A stretch of DNA of 57,166 nucleotides, the filler included, from Dirinaria sp. TL-2023a (Eukaryota): NCBI GenBank assembly GCA_051941275.1. It is 5 parts of 5 records of this genome, joined end to end, with 100 filler letters (N's around TTAATTAATTAA, not from the genome) between each part and the next. Parts side by side here need not be neighbours in the genome. Positions count along the whole stretch, not along the records: positions 22,948 to 34,292 come from JAVEBF010000850.1; positions 34,393 to 45,736 come from JAVEBF010000851.1; 3 more parts are not named here. One strand, 5' to 3'. Position 1 is the stretch's first letter. Each line of letters starts with the position of its first letter. Under the pieces are notes generated by a model. The model worked only from the letters and a program-made list of their open reading frames with translations. It had not been told where the DNA came from and did not search any database. Shown piece after piece: positions 25,354 to 37,844 of the stretch. The translations under genes were made by a program, and so were the position numbers.

Positions 25354-26183
25354 CGCGAAAGTAATGAGAGAGAATGAGATTTCAGCCGAGCAAACCTTGA
25401 GACAGCCATGACGGGCGGCATCCCTATCTTATGCTTTGTTGAGTAGCAGACCACCTCCATGCTTTCGCAAAGAGCTCTAAAGAGCTAGTATGCGTCATAC
25501 GTACGCTGTCACCACTGTTGACCATTGGCTTCTGGAGCTTCCCCGCAGCGGTTCTTGGAATCTGCAAGCCTTGATAGCCTCCTTGTCGGTACCCCTCACG
25601 CCAATTCCAGCCCATGGCAGCTCCACCTACGCTGCATAGGCTCATTTTTATTATTGTTGAGAGGTGGAAAGCATGCCAGGCACAGATGAATCCAGATCTC
25701 GCCTTTTTAAAAGGCCCGATTGCTGCGCGTAAAAGATTTCCCTTCCCGTCTGGCCGCAATTTGGCCGAGGATGACGAACAGAGGGAACGGAAGAATCGGC
25801 CCTTTCGAATTATTCCGCTTTGATCTACGGAGTACGAGGACTTGTACAAGTAGCTTCAGATTGGCGTATTCAATAATGCTGATGCTTCTTCTATTTTTCG
25901 GTTGGAGACTATCTATTACAGGCTGCTTGTTTCCTTACCTACCTTACCTAAAAGGAGGTTGGTGCTCCAATTTTCCTTGGTCCTATCTGACATCCTGCAT
26001 CTACGTTCTGGGCTTCATTGCTTTAGATTACATTACATTGGCACGCGCGTTTGGTGTCATCGACTCTGCTTGCTATGATTCCTCGTACAATAGTTTCTAC
26101 TCGGAATTGAGACCCAAGGCTTCTCAGCAAAATCCTACCAATCTTCTATGAATCATAGAAGCAGCCCTCTACTATCTCAGTAT

Positions 26184-27556
26184 TTAAGGCTCAAAGAGCC
26201 CCTTTTTCAACACCTGCTCCGGTTTTTGAGCCTTGACATAGTCAATCTCCTTCCGCTGTTGCTCAAAATGCACGCTGCCATATCGGAGTAACTCCGCAAA
26301 AGTTCCCGGCGCTACGTCCTTCCCGTCGTTTTCTTTCATGTCCCACAGAATACCCAGCGAGAGATCGCTGGTTAGATTTTTACCGTGGATTACCTTTTGC
26401 ATGCTCGACCGCGTCAAAAGCCTCCAAATAGTTTTGTATGCCTTCTGATACTCCGGTGATTCCGGAGGGGTGTCAAGCCTCGTGTTCAGCACGTCAAAGA
26501 AATCCTGCCCGATGAAACCAATCGTTGCTTCGGCCGCCCAATTCTCCGATAGAACGTCATACAGGAGAACCTTTTCGGCGTAGTACTCTGCACCGCTGAA
26601 TTCGCCGTCCGGATCTTCGAGCATGCACAAACGAATCCAAGACAGGATTTGCGCAATGTATTCCATGACCTTTGCGGGCTCGACCTTCCAATTCCAATGG
26701 AAGTTTCTTGACTCGACGGCCTCGAAGTCCATCTCTTTGCCGAAAGAGATTAGAGGGTTCTCGAGCAAGCCAGCGGGATTGGTACGGTCTTTCCACAGGT
26801 GGATAAAAAGATCATGCCTTCAATCATCAGTATGTTAAAACCACGCGCCAGCTATACAGTTCAAAATAGCGCATTGTGACTAAGCGATGGATATACTGAT
26901 AGCTGTCCAATCTTTTTCAAGCTCGTCCGTCCACCTTCTCGTTCCGTTGCTCCGACTATATAAACGAGGTATAAGATACGATCCACTTACCAGCGCTTGA
27001 TGAACTGGCTACCTTTCCGGCTCGCAATGAAATGATTCGCCATGACTGTTCCATACATCCATGGAACCGAGACTTCGAAAGGTGAAGCCGGGTCTTCAAG
27101 CTGGCTCCAGCATATGCTCTCAAGTCGACGGATAAGTAGTACACCGACATCAATCCAGACGCCACCGTAAAGGAAAAGACATGCTCCCCGTAAGAGATCC
27201 GCACTGTGCGGGCCAGTATATGGACCCTCCATTGTGCCCTTGACGAAGGTTTCTGGGAGGAGATCCACCGGCACCCATTCAAGCGCATTGTTTGGGGAAC
27301 CGGGAACGCTATCGAGGACACGGATCGACCAGGACGGACCGCATAGGCGAACCCAATTCACAACGTTGCGCTGGCACCAACCTGGCATGGCCAGCACACC
27401 AGCATGCCAGAAGGTCCACAGGTTCTTCTCTGAGGTAACAGGCACATGCTTGGAGAGGGAATTGAGAATTTCCTCGTCCGTTCGTGTGTCAAGAGATTCA
27501 AAATACTGAAGCTCGGAGCGGAATTCCACTGGAATAGGAAAACGCGGGTCTTGCAT
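26184..27556 (-). CDS. Capsular-polysaccharide-synthesis-domain (Caps_synth, GT32-like) glycosyltransferase, 2 exons
   Basis: SEKNLWTFWHAG, HSADLLRGACLFLYGGVWIDVG and NHFIASRKG; intron 26818-26990 gives KRW|HDLFIHLW in frame with ORF 26184..26768. No signal peptide or transmembrane anchor is evident. Confidence 0.78.
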
Positions 27557-28363
27557 CTTGGAACGGCGAGATCATGGATTTCGCATCCCCAAGCAACTGC
27601 AACACATATAAACATATTCCCGGATGCTCCACGGCTAGAATCCATTGGGTCGGGCTAGCTGCAGGATTCAGGATCATTAAGAGTATGACTGCGAAAGGCA
27701 ATAAAAAATGCTTTTATCAACTCCGCATATGTAGATGGATGAATGCGATCAGAACGCGCGATTTGCTCAAGCTGAACGCGAAGTCATCCTCCATTGTCCC
27801 AAAGTAGCCCGCACATCATTCGTCTGCTTCCATCGGAAGAGCGAGAATCGTTGCTTAGGGATAGTCTTCATTCGGCAGTACAGGTTCCTACGATAATTAT
27901 TAACGTCTTGTGACTACACAGCTTGCGCTTGGGCAGCAGATGATGAGTAGTAAAAATTGCAAGCTGATGTGGAGATTTTTGGGCGCATGCAACTCACAGC
28001 TGTGATACTGTATGTGCTGCTGACATATTACCTGCCAAATGTTTACTACGGGATCCCGAAGCAGAAGCAGCATACCATTTGAGTTTGGTAGAATGCGCTA
28101 TCTACAGAGACTGGGCCGTTAGGGCCGGAATCGGAATGGATTTGAAGAACAGGTATAAATCTACAGTTTCCCGATGAGGGTTTTCGCGACTGCGCGCTAC
28201 TACTTGCTGTTCCTTGAGATGTACATAAGGTACCTTAGCTAATACTACCTTAATCACCGCTTTCTTTTGCGTTTATCACACTCGTGTGTGCCAAGACCAT
28301 TGCCAAGACATCTCAACCCACTCGCACTACTGCAGATGTACATGCAGACGCAAATTCCGTGAC

Positions 28364-29527
28364 ATGGCAGAGAATCCGGCAGTTCCAGGCTTCGAGCCTA
28401 CCAATGCAGAATTCGAAGCCAGTGCCACTGCTCTCTCTGCACTCACGACTTCTGCCGAGCATCACGGTCAGGATCCAAAGTCCGCTCTCCATCGTCCCTC
28501 ATCGCACGACTCCTCACACACATGGCTCTCGAAAATCCTTCCCTCCTCGACCCTCGAGGCCATGGAGACCCGCTTCCACATGGGCAATTACGTCGTCATC
28601 GACCGGAATACGGGTGAAAAGGAATTTGAGCCAATGAGCATATACGTCAGAGTTGGGATGCACTTGCTTTTCTACGGATCCCAGCAGGAGAAGATCCTGC
28701 AATGGAAGGAAACAGAAAATATTCTGAAGGCCCAAAGTATCAAGATGGGCGAGGAATATGACGCCCCGGAGAGCAAGGCACATATTGAATCCTTCATCGA
28801 TAGCTTCGATTTACGGCCGACGCTTCCGGAGTACGTGGAACCCGATCCCTCCAAGTATCCGAACTTCAATGCCTTCTTTGCCCGTGAGATCCGTGCCGAT
28901 GCTCGGCCTATCGCAGATCCAAGCGATGCTCGTGTCATCTCGAGTCCAGCCGATTGCCGCCTGACCGGCTTTCCTACCATTGACCTTGCGACTAGATACT
29001 GGATCAAAGGGTTTGGGTTTACTGTCGCCAAGCTGCTTGGTGATGATAAAGCGCTGGCACAGACGTTTGAGGGCGGATCAATAGTGATTGCACGACTCGC
29101 ACCCCAAGACTATCACCGCTGGCACGCTCCCACTGATGGCACTGTCTTAAGCGTCAAAGACGTGGATGGGACATACTACACAGTCAACCCACAGGCGATC
29201 AACCAACCGGGCACGCTGGACGTATTCTGTGAAAACAGGCGAAGCGTGATGACTGTTCAAAATCAGCATACCCAATTCGCCATAGTCGCCATAGGAGCTA
29301 TGCTCGTAGGCTCAATCAAGTATGTCAATGGAGTAGAGAATTCTGGAACTGAGATATCGAGGGGACAATGTCTAGGTGCGTTTTATTACGGTGGCAGCAC
29401 GGTTGTCGTGCTCTACCCTCGAGGAATGGCGGTTCTGGATGACGATATAGTGCGCAACTCAACTGGAGAACTGCCCTGTGAAACTCTGGTCAAGGTAGGA
29501 GAGAAAGTAGGGACCTTGACCGTGTAG
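28364..29527 (+). CDS. Phosphatidylserine decarboxylase proenzyme (Psd2-type catalytic domain, no C2 domains), intronless
   Basis: FNAFFAREIR, SSPADCRL, RLAPQDYHRWHAP, IGAMLVGSI and the autocleavage motif YYGGSTVV; the first ATG is at 28364 (MAENP). Confidence 0.9.
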   Translation: MAENPAVPGFEPTNAEFEASATALSALTTSAEHHGQDPKSALHRPSSHDSSHTWLSKILPSSTLEAMETRFHMGNYVVIDRNTGEKEFEPMSIYVRVGMHLLFYGSQQEKILQWKETENILKAQSIKMGEEYDAPESKAHIESFIDSFDLRPTLPEYVEPDPSKYPNFNAFFAREIRADARPIADPSDARVISSPADCRLTGFPTIDLATRYWIKGFGFTVAKLLGDDKALAQTFEGGSIVIARLAPQDYHRWHAPTDGTVLSVKDVDGTYYTVNPQAINQPGTLDVFCENRRSVMTVQNQHTQFAIVAIGAMLVGSIKYVNGVENSGTEISRGQCLGAFYYGGSTVVVLYPRGMAVLDDDIVRNSTGELPCETLVKVGEKVGTLTV

Positions 29528-30712
29528 ACGAAGTACAATATTGATAGATATATCACTACTTGACTAATAAAATTTCAAAGGAAATCGGCACGGCAAATTA
29601 AGTCTTCTGGACATTGCTGATCTGAAGCTCAAGGATGCAAGAATGCGCTTCAATGTACATGCTTTTGCAGACTTGCTTTCAGAAACAATATCGTACTTGA
29701 ACAAAATCATCTCAAGCGTCTGAAATTTTCGAAAATCGCAAAGATTACGGCGGCAAATTATCAAAGAACGGGCTCCAAAATTTCACTTTGGACTACTTCA
29801 AGATCATCTATTTACGGACAGGGCAAGGAAATTTCTTCATGAATGATATCGTCATGTAATAAGACGGACGAGATCGGTTAGGACACTGAAGATTTTGCGC
29901 CGAGGTAACTTGTAGACAGCGAGTACTCGTACCAGAAACGGGGAAGTATGGCTCGTCGAATTTGAAACCGAGAGACACTTTGTTCACAGCCGCAGTCACG
30001 GCAATTAAAACATCAGGTACTCTTCTTGACATGACCTTCGCCATCTAGTAACACGTAAGTCTTTCATGTTTCCCGGTCTAAGAGTATGAATTGGACCCCT
30101 AGGTTCCAGAGCCATCATAATCGCTTCCAGTTCCTTTTTCATCTTCTCTGATCTTTGATGTTCACAATCGCGTTGGCCAGCAAGAAAGGCCTGGTGACTT
30201 TCGTCCTCTTCGAGGTAACGAGTCAGCGTTGGCGAGATCGTATATGCTGCACCATCGGTGGTTTCGCCTTCGTTACTTTGAGGAACGCTGTCTGATTCAG
30301 TTTAAGCCCTTAGCATGAGTGGTACCGCATACGGCATAGTTAAGAATCTTTATACGTCGGAACTTGGGGTTTCCGGGATAATTTTCAGTATAAAACAACC
30401 ACAGGATATTCACCCTGTCGCACACTTGAGCAGCAGATTACCATCATTAAGAAGTCGGTGCCAATATGTAGACGGCATTGTGGTGCAAATAGCTCTTCTA
30501 CAAGGCGAGCTGTGAGTCCGGAGTTCTCTTCGGTTACTGTCACAATGGGAGGTTTTCCGCAACTGCTACTGCGGAGTCCGCTCGTGATGTTGTGGAACTG
30601 AGCCGCATATGGCCAGTCCGCTCACACAGCCTGTACTTTGTCGAATACTAACGGACTGCTCAGTACCTTAAGGCAGCGAATGTACTGGAATAAGCCTATC
30701 AAGGCCAAGGCT

Positions 30713-30743
30713 GACGGTGGACTGTGGACGGTGGACGGTGGAC
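30713..30743. repeat. Tandem 7-mer (GACGGTG)x4, one copy with a mismatch
   Basis: GACGGTG GACTGTG GACGGTG GACGGTG GAC, about 280 bp upstream of the predicted transcription factor ATG. Confidence 0.75.
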
Positions 30744-31021
30744 CATTCCTATACCGGTAGTGTCCACTGCCGCTAACCAAAACGGGGCCATCGTCCACCA
30801 GCCCACTCCGCCTTGCAGGGACCTTAGAATGAAACGCACAAGCATCCTACTCATCAGTGACGGCGACTTTAAAATGAGCGAGCCGGTCGTCACTATCCTC
30901 AGCGATCGAAGCTTTTCCTGAAAGCTTGTCTAGTAATTTTGAATCCTTAGCTTTGTTCCTTTCCATCATGCTCTGTGTGTGTGTTAATTTAATTTGTTCG
31001 CAATCCGGGGTACTAGCTGAA

Positions 31022-33805
31022 ATGGAGACTTGTCAAACTTGCTCGTCGCCCACAGTCCCCATATCTGGCCTAACGCTTGATGCTCCGTTTCCACCTAGCC
31101 TTAGTTCAACACAATCTCGTATTGTAAAGTCAGCCACGGTAGGCTCAAGTTGTTTTAACATACGTCGTCTATCCTTCTGATACCTGGATCACTGCGTGTG
31201 GGACTTCACTGCTGCTAATGCTTCCCTTTCCATAGTCAATTAACGAATTAGATATCGCAGCAACATTTACAAGGCCGTCCTTGTTCAACGTAGAACTGCA
31301 AGGCGCTAGTCCCGGACCCCAAGTGTCAACTACTACGAAATCCCTAATTGTTCACTACCAACCAGGGGCACAACCTAGATCTAGGGAAGCAACTGAGAAA
31401 TCGTGCGTCTCGTGTTATCTTCGGAAGCGATCAGTTAGTTTTCACTCAGCATACGTAAAGAAGCAACTGAAGCGCCTATTAGTGCCGTGGCAGCGATGAC
31501 CCTACACGGTGCGTCGCCTGCGTTGGCAAGTCGGTGTACTGTAAAGGACCGATATCCAAGCCATCTCTGATTGATATCGGTAGTCTAACTCTGAAACGTT
31601 TTTCTCAATCAAGTACTGACTCTAAAGGTCAATGGCCTCGCATCGCGAACGCCTTCCTTGCCGCCCATCATCACATGCCCTATCCTGTTCCAGCGCTCGA
31701 AACGTCATTTCGATTACAGGTACTCGTAGGCAGCCCAGCAGGGAGCAAGAAGAATAACTCAGATGCCACGACGTGCGCTTCGGCATGCCAGGACTCGTAT
31801 CAGTTTACTTTTGGAAGCCTAAAAGATTTCTTAGCCCAAGCTTCAACCCTCGATTTGAAGCCGATCCTTGACATGATATATCCTCAGTACTGTAACACGT
31901 GGAAACATCCTGTTTCAGCACCTCATAAGCTGTCCGTAATCGAGGTAGGAGACGCTTTCGAGATTACAGATAAGCATTGCTGACTCTCCCAGTGTTGCTG
32001 TCGCCGATTGACTGCCTGCTTGAACCTTTTGAGTAACCCCAGGTCGTTTCGTCCAGATCCAACTTTGCGGATGTCCTCCGTAGTTTCCCACATTACGCTC
32101 TCCTTTCTTCAGAATGCTAGTCACCAGGCATGTTCCCTATTGGGGGACCTTTTCGACGAACTTCGAGTCTTCTTCGGTGCGCAAAGGAAAAAGCAGTGTT
32201 TCCACAAAGATGTGAATACGCTTGCTGCTCATCTGGGGAACTTGTACGGGACTGTTGCCGGCCTTGATCGGACCACAAATATCCTGATGGACGACGAGCT
32301 ACACATCAACAACATGGGATGCGAGAGCATCCAGACTTTAGTCGCTGCCAGGCTGTTTCCTGGAAAAGCATCAACGTTGGATCAACTGTATAGAATAGGT
32401 GCCGGCTTGAGTACCGAAAGCTTTGAAGCCGGAAAATCAACCTGTTCGGGTCCTTTATCCAGTATTTTATTTAATATTTTGCATTGTGAGCATAATCCCT
32501 ACACACATACTAGCCAGGAATCACGGTAAGCCTCTTCACCCAGCGGCGCAGGAATGTTCAAGTCGGCTAACTTGTTCTGCATTGGGTCAGGATCGCCAGT
32601 CTCGATAAAGTTGGAACAAGCCACCAAATGAGCGAAGACAATCACACTATTGATATGCTCAAAAATGTACCGTCCCAAGCTCATACCGGTTTCCAGATCA
32701 GTACATTTGAAGACGTCAATTCTTCGCATGCTCAAGCGTACCCGGAATCCATGAGCACCTTAGCTATGGGTCAGCAAGGCATGCTTGAAAATGATTTCGA
32801 GGCCAATTTGAGAATGTGGAGAAGTGAACTAAACGAGGTTTGCCGCGCAATCGATGCCAAGCTTAGGCGGCAGATTGAGCTTCAGGACCTCATATCTCGG
32901 GCCCAGCGTTACTTGAACGCAAATGACCAAGGCCATGAACAACATACCGTATCAGCGAATCATGACATGAGTGGCACTATGTCTAATTTCATTCCAAGCA
33001 CGAATCACTCGAACGCTGTACCGAATGCGTACCTTGGACCTTCGCTTCCAGGGCTCATGGTTGATCAAAGCTACACCTCATATGGTACCATGAGGAGCAG
33101 TCAAACCACAGACTCTAGTATATTTCAAGACCGCTTTCAATCGATTTTTGATCTTGCACTCGACATTCCAGGCACAAATGCAGTATTAGTAGACTCACAT
33201 CGCCCTCCAGAAAGTCAACAACAGGTGACTAATGACACGCTTGGCAACGGTATTGATGGCAATTCTGATTTTCATTGCGGCACACTAAGCACAAGAACAG
33301 AAGCAGAGACAGCAACATGTCTGTCTCAAGAAAGCCGACAAAGAAGGAATCTTCAGAGTGGAGGTGGAGCTGGAGCTGGAGGTTGGGGTTGGGGCAATAG
33401 CGCAGCTGGCAATGGGTTTGCGTACCCCGAGTTGGCGCCCGCACCAGGACGAGCTTTGGCAGGAAGACGCACGACGTTAGGGGCGAGGTACACCACGTGT
33501 ACCTCCTACGCACGAGCGCATAGAAAGCCCGAGCCAACCAATTGCTCAGTCATGGATCTCGGAGCAGGCTTCGAGATGTTGAGGATGGGAGAGACAGAGG
33601 ATATTGAGGAAATGCGTGGACGCTATACTGTAAGTATCACCTCCCAAGCAAGGGCTTTGTATAATGCTTGATTAATATATACAAGGAAACACTAAGAAGT
33701 AAATCAATGCAGATAAAGAATCGATCTATGGACGGATCACTCGCGTCTTGGTCGTCAGGCCCCTGTGTATATGACGCGCATGAGACTCCGCTTTACATAC
33801 GATAG
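31022..33805 (+). CDS. Zn(II)2Cys6 binuclear-cluster transcription factor, 6 predicted exons (~820 aa); last exon tentative
   Basis: Exons 31022-31138, 31236-31433, 31483-31944, 31993-32525, 32591-33629 and 33686-33805, all GT-AG and phase-compatible. The spliced product reads CVSC-YLRKRS-C-RGSDDPTR-CVAC-VGKSVY-C, i.e. C-x2-C-x6-C-x8-C-x2-C-x6-C. Confidence 0.75.
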
Positions 33806-34292
33806 AAACCCCAATCGCCCCGCGACACAGCATGCATAAGGCTTTTTGTTATACCTCGTATAACCAAAGGTTTCACAGGTCAAGTGTGCCGAGGTATTTA
33901 GACTTCTAAATTAGTACGAAATGTTATTTAAGTCGGTTCCCGAGGAGCCTTTAGAGTATCTACATGACTTTAACAAGCTCATGTACCCAACAAGTCGTCG
34001 AATGGGATTCAGCTAAGTTTCCTAAAAGAAAGACGCTCGCTAAAAACCCATGCCTCTTCTTTCTAGTTACACACGCTCTCCTACTCTCTCCCCAATTCGG
34101 CTTCTTACATCCACATGATCGATCGCTCTACATTTCTCAAGTCATGCGTCAATCAGTCGAAAGACGCATGATGATTTTTCGTTTGTTGTTACAGGCAACA
34201 ATATATAGGAAAGATAATCGAACCTTTTCCCTTCACGACTCCTCAGCCCCCCAAAACCCCCCCAAAAAAGCAAGAGATAGGATTATCAGAAT

Positions 34293-34392
34293 NNNNNNNN
34301 NNNNNNNNNNNNNNNNNNNNNNNNNNNNNNNNNNNNTTAATTAATTAANNNNNNNNNNNNNNNNNNNNNNNNNNNNNNNNNNNNNNNNNNNN
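34293..34392. other. Artificial contig linker
   Basis: N44-TTAATTAATTAA-N44. Confidence 0.98.
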
Positions 34393-34952
34393 GTGCTCGG
34401 GTCATAGGCATCGCCGCCATGCGGGCTTGTGCTCGGGTTGTAACAGGCATCGTTGGTGGTGAGATTGGTGGTGTCGGTCAATATTATGATAGAGTATAGT
34501 GGTGGAGAAGATGAAAGCGACCAGCGCTTGATATGGATTGAAAATAATGGTGATTGAGAGTCAGGAGAGCGATGTAAAGACAAGGAAAGAAAAGAAGAAG
34601 AGAAAGCAGAAGTTGGAAAAAAAAAGAGATCTTTATATACTCACGGCCTGGCAGCCTGGAGGCTCCTACTGAAACGTCCATGACAATAGGAGCCATTGTA
34701 ATTATTGTTGATATAGTATTCAGGGGGCTGCAGAGGACCCACAATAGGACGTTGAAACATTTGGTAGTGGTGGATCGCTTAGCGCGCTAAGGGTGACAAT
34801 AGAACAACTCAGCATTGCCAAAGGAATTCACAATCAACAACAGTAGGAACATAGCTTACTAGCACGTGCAAGACCCACAACGTACTGTTACAACGCTGTT
34901 GATCCTGGTAGGGTTCTTGTCAACACTGTTCGGCCAGTGGAACTAATCAGCC

Positions 34953-35800
34953 ATGGCGATAACACGCAAGATGGAAAAACTACTAAGGGGACCCGGGCTT
35001 TGCTTTGCTCGGCTACCTGCTGAGATCCGCATGAGGATCTATGATTTCGCACTCCCTATGCGAGTTTTCAACCCCTGCCCACGACGCACCGGTAACAATC
35101 ATGTGGGGTGGATATCAGCAGAGGACATGTTGCGAGTCGATCATGGAATCCTGGAAGAAGCCGAAGAGGTCCTCTGGACCAGGAGAACTGTGGTCCTTAG
35201 TTTCAAAGCATTCCACTACCTACTCAAAAACGAGGCCGGTATTCAACGTCTTGAATGGATCAGGTCACTGATCATTTTGGTCGCCGAGTCTGGCACCTTC
35301 GACTACGAGTTCTCTGAGATGGAAACATTGGCACCATTCGAAGTAAGCCTAGAATATGTGCGATCGTCTAGATTTTGCTAATGAAGAGGAATTAGACTTA
35401 TTATGAGCTATCGTCAAGGCCAAAGCTTATGTTGCACTCCTTGAAATTCAACGTTGAGCATCTGAATGAGCTCTACGAGGATGAACGCAAGGCAATGGAT
35501 GCAGCAAGATCGATCGGTCGCTACGTTGCTAGCCCTCCAACGACGATGCTCGTCTGCGGCACAGTCACCGATGAGCAGCTTCTGTGCATTAGAGACCTTT
35601 TGAGCAGGATTCAGTCGCCTGACGATGAGAAGCGAAGGCAGGTATTGGAGGCCTACTGGACCGAGGTTCGCCATGACGACGAATTGACAAGCAGGCAGCT
35701 TGATGAGCAACTCAGAAACGCTAGATTGAGAGGCTTAGAGTATACCGGTTTGCAAGAAGGCTTCCACGAACTCTGGTTCACGCAGAACAGAGCTGGTTAG
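34953..35800 (+). CDS. Hypothetical protein with an N-terminal F-box-like/2EXR-like motif, 2 exons
   Basis: CFARLPAEIRMRIYDFAL motif; intron 35343-35395 (GTAAGC...GCTAAT...TAG) joins ORFs 34953..35381 and 35429..35800 in frame. Confidence 0.7.
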
Positions 35801-36431
35801 TTTGGTCTTGGTCATGGCAATCGGTCCGCTCTGCTAGCGATACCATAGCTCTGTTTAAACAAGGTGTTGTTGCATAAGCTTGTTCTAGGAACAAGAGGTG
35901 CGAAAAATGTCGAAGATGACATGATTGTAATGAAGTCATCAGATAACATCTGCTACACAAACCCCTAGTAACTATAGGAGAATTGTTGCGTAGGGAAGTG
36001 GTTAGACGTCCGAAGCCCATCCCTAGCATCATCACAATTGTGTCTTTTTCTTTCCACTGACGGAGCAATTGAAAACATGTCTCTGTTTATGATGTGCTAC
36101 GCTCCTTCACTAAACAGCCTCACAGCCTAGAATGGGGGCTCCCGCTGCAGGTACTCATAACTGATCGGATCGTGGATCTCGCAATCACTTTTATCTTGAC
36201 CAGTCTGACATTTTTTGTGTTCCACTAGCGACGGCATGGATAGAGATTCAGAGTCTATTGTATATGCTCATGCAATAATGTTGGACGTCGTCAAATCTAA
36301 GTATCCAGGTATCTAAGGCAGCTTTTCGCACTTTTCCCAATCAAGCAAATTATCCCGACGCGTCTGCCGCCTTGGCCGCGTTCCATCGACGTCATCCTTG
36401 CTAACAGGCATCTTTCTACAGTCTCCACTCA

Positions 36432-37781
36432 ATGGAGGACTCCAGCGACGAGAGAGGCTTGAGGCAGATCATTCGCAGGGCAATTGTAAATATCTGATGA
36501 CTCTCCGCAAACCCTTCTTCCCTCTAATATTACACAGGACACAGCTCTTATCCCAGTTCAAGCGGCGACCTCCAAATCCGCCCAAAGGGCCTATCTCGGC
36601 ACCTTACTGTTCACCACAACGAGCATTTTCCTCCTCTGCATCTCCAGCGTCGCCTACGCGCTCTTCTACTACAATTATATCCCTCAGATCGGTGTCGAGC
36701 GAGTCATCCACCTCCAATTCGGGTACGCCAGCACCTTAGCCCCTCTCTACTGGACTACGCAACTATCTGCTAACCATAATACCATAGAGATGGGCACCCG
36801 CACGGGAGTGCCGACCTCAGCAGCACCCTAACATCACTCCAAGCCTACGATGTATCTCTCTTCCTGCACCTCCCGCGCACTCCATCCAACCTGGCGGCCG
36901 GCAATTTCATGCTCGACGTTTCTCTCCTCGCACCCACAAAATCCTCCTCCTCCTCCACAACCTCTCCACTCGTATCGACCTCAACAACCCCAAATCCCAG
37001 CACGACAGTAGCCCACTCCCGGCGTCCCGCGATCCTGACCTACGTCTCCCCTCTAGTTTCGACCGCGAGCACGCTCAGCGGGATCCCATTCTACGTCCTC
37101 GGCTGGAAGCGCGAGAGCGAGGTGCTCGAAGTGCCCATCTTCGAAGGAGTCTCGTTCGCCAAGGGGTGGAGCAACATCCCGCGCTACGCACACGTCTCCG
37201 TCGAAGCGGACGAGAAAATGCAGTTCTACGATGTCGGGCTGAGGTTCGTGGCGCGCTTCAGGGGGCTCAGGTGGGTCATCTATCATCATTGGATTGTGAG
37301 CTATGTGGGGTTCACGATGGCGTTTTGGACGAGTTCGATGGTTAGCTGTGCGGTTGCTTGGGTGGGGATATCGAGGTTTTGGGCCGCGGGTGTGAAGGAT
37401 GAGGAGGATGATGATGATGCGAAAAAGAAGAAGGTTGAGGTGAAGAAAGAAGCGGAAGAGGAAGGCGAGTTGGATCCGACGAGTATGGAGGATTTGTCGG
37501 ATACGAGCCGGACGTTCCCGACGTTGGGGAGGCAGATGCCGTTGCATTTTAGTGGGCGGAGAGACTGGGTCAAGCAAGAAGATGAGGAGAAGATGAGGCA
37601 AGAGACTGTAGTGGCTTCGACGAGTATTCAGCCCCTTGGAGCGGAAGCGGATGATGAGGGGGATGAGGAGGAGGCTATTGCATCATGGAGGGATTCCGGT
37701 ATTGGGACAAGCTTAGAAGACGCGGATCGCAGGAGAAGCGTCCAGCGAAGGCGGCGAGCGCTTTTCGGCGGAGATAAATAA
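36432..37781 (+). CDS. Seipin (Fld1/Sei1/BSCL2 family; lipid droplet biogenesis), 3 exons
   Basis: AQRAYLGTLLF...YYNYIPQIGVERVIHLQFG|DGHPHG, QAYDVSLFLHLPRTPSNLAAGNFML, SRRPAILTY and F-RGLRW followed by a second transmembrane segment; introns 36486-36537 and 36723-36787. Confidence 0.88.
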
Positions 37782-37844
37782 TTTTCTAGTCACCTACCCA
37801 GAGCTGCAATGACTATATTATTCTAATGCTTTGAAAGCCCTCTC

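Noticed and set aside
28364..29527. PsiD-like tryptophan decarboxylase (psilocybin-type pathway)
   Set aside because: The motifs (RLAPQDYHR, IGAMLVGSI) fit the Psd2 type, and no kinase, methyltransferase or P450 gene lies nearby.
29808..30300. Possible small minus-strand gene (~100 open codons, ESDSVPQSNEG...)
   Set aside because: No confident start codon or splice model and no recognisable motif.
34393..34696. Truncated minus-strand gene with a 36-bp-period repeat (DACYNPST/DAYDPST) at the contig edge
   Set aside because: Only two imperfect copies are visible, and the candidate exons could not be joined in a consistent phase.
36358..36363. Single ACGCGT upstream of seipin as an MCB box
   Set aside because: An isolated hexamer is expected by chance, and the gene is not replication-related.
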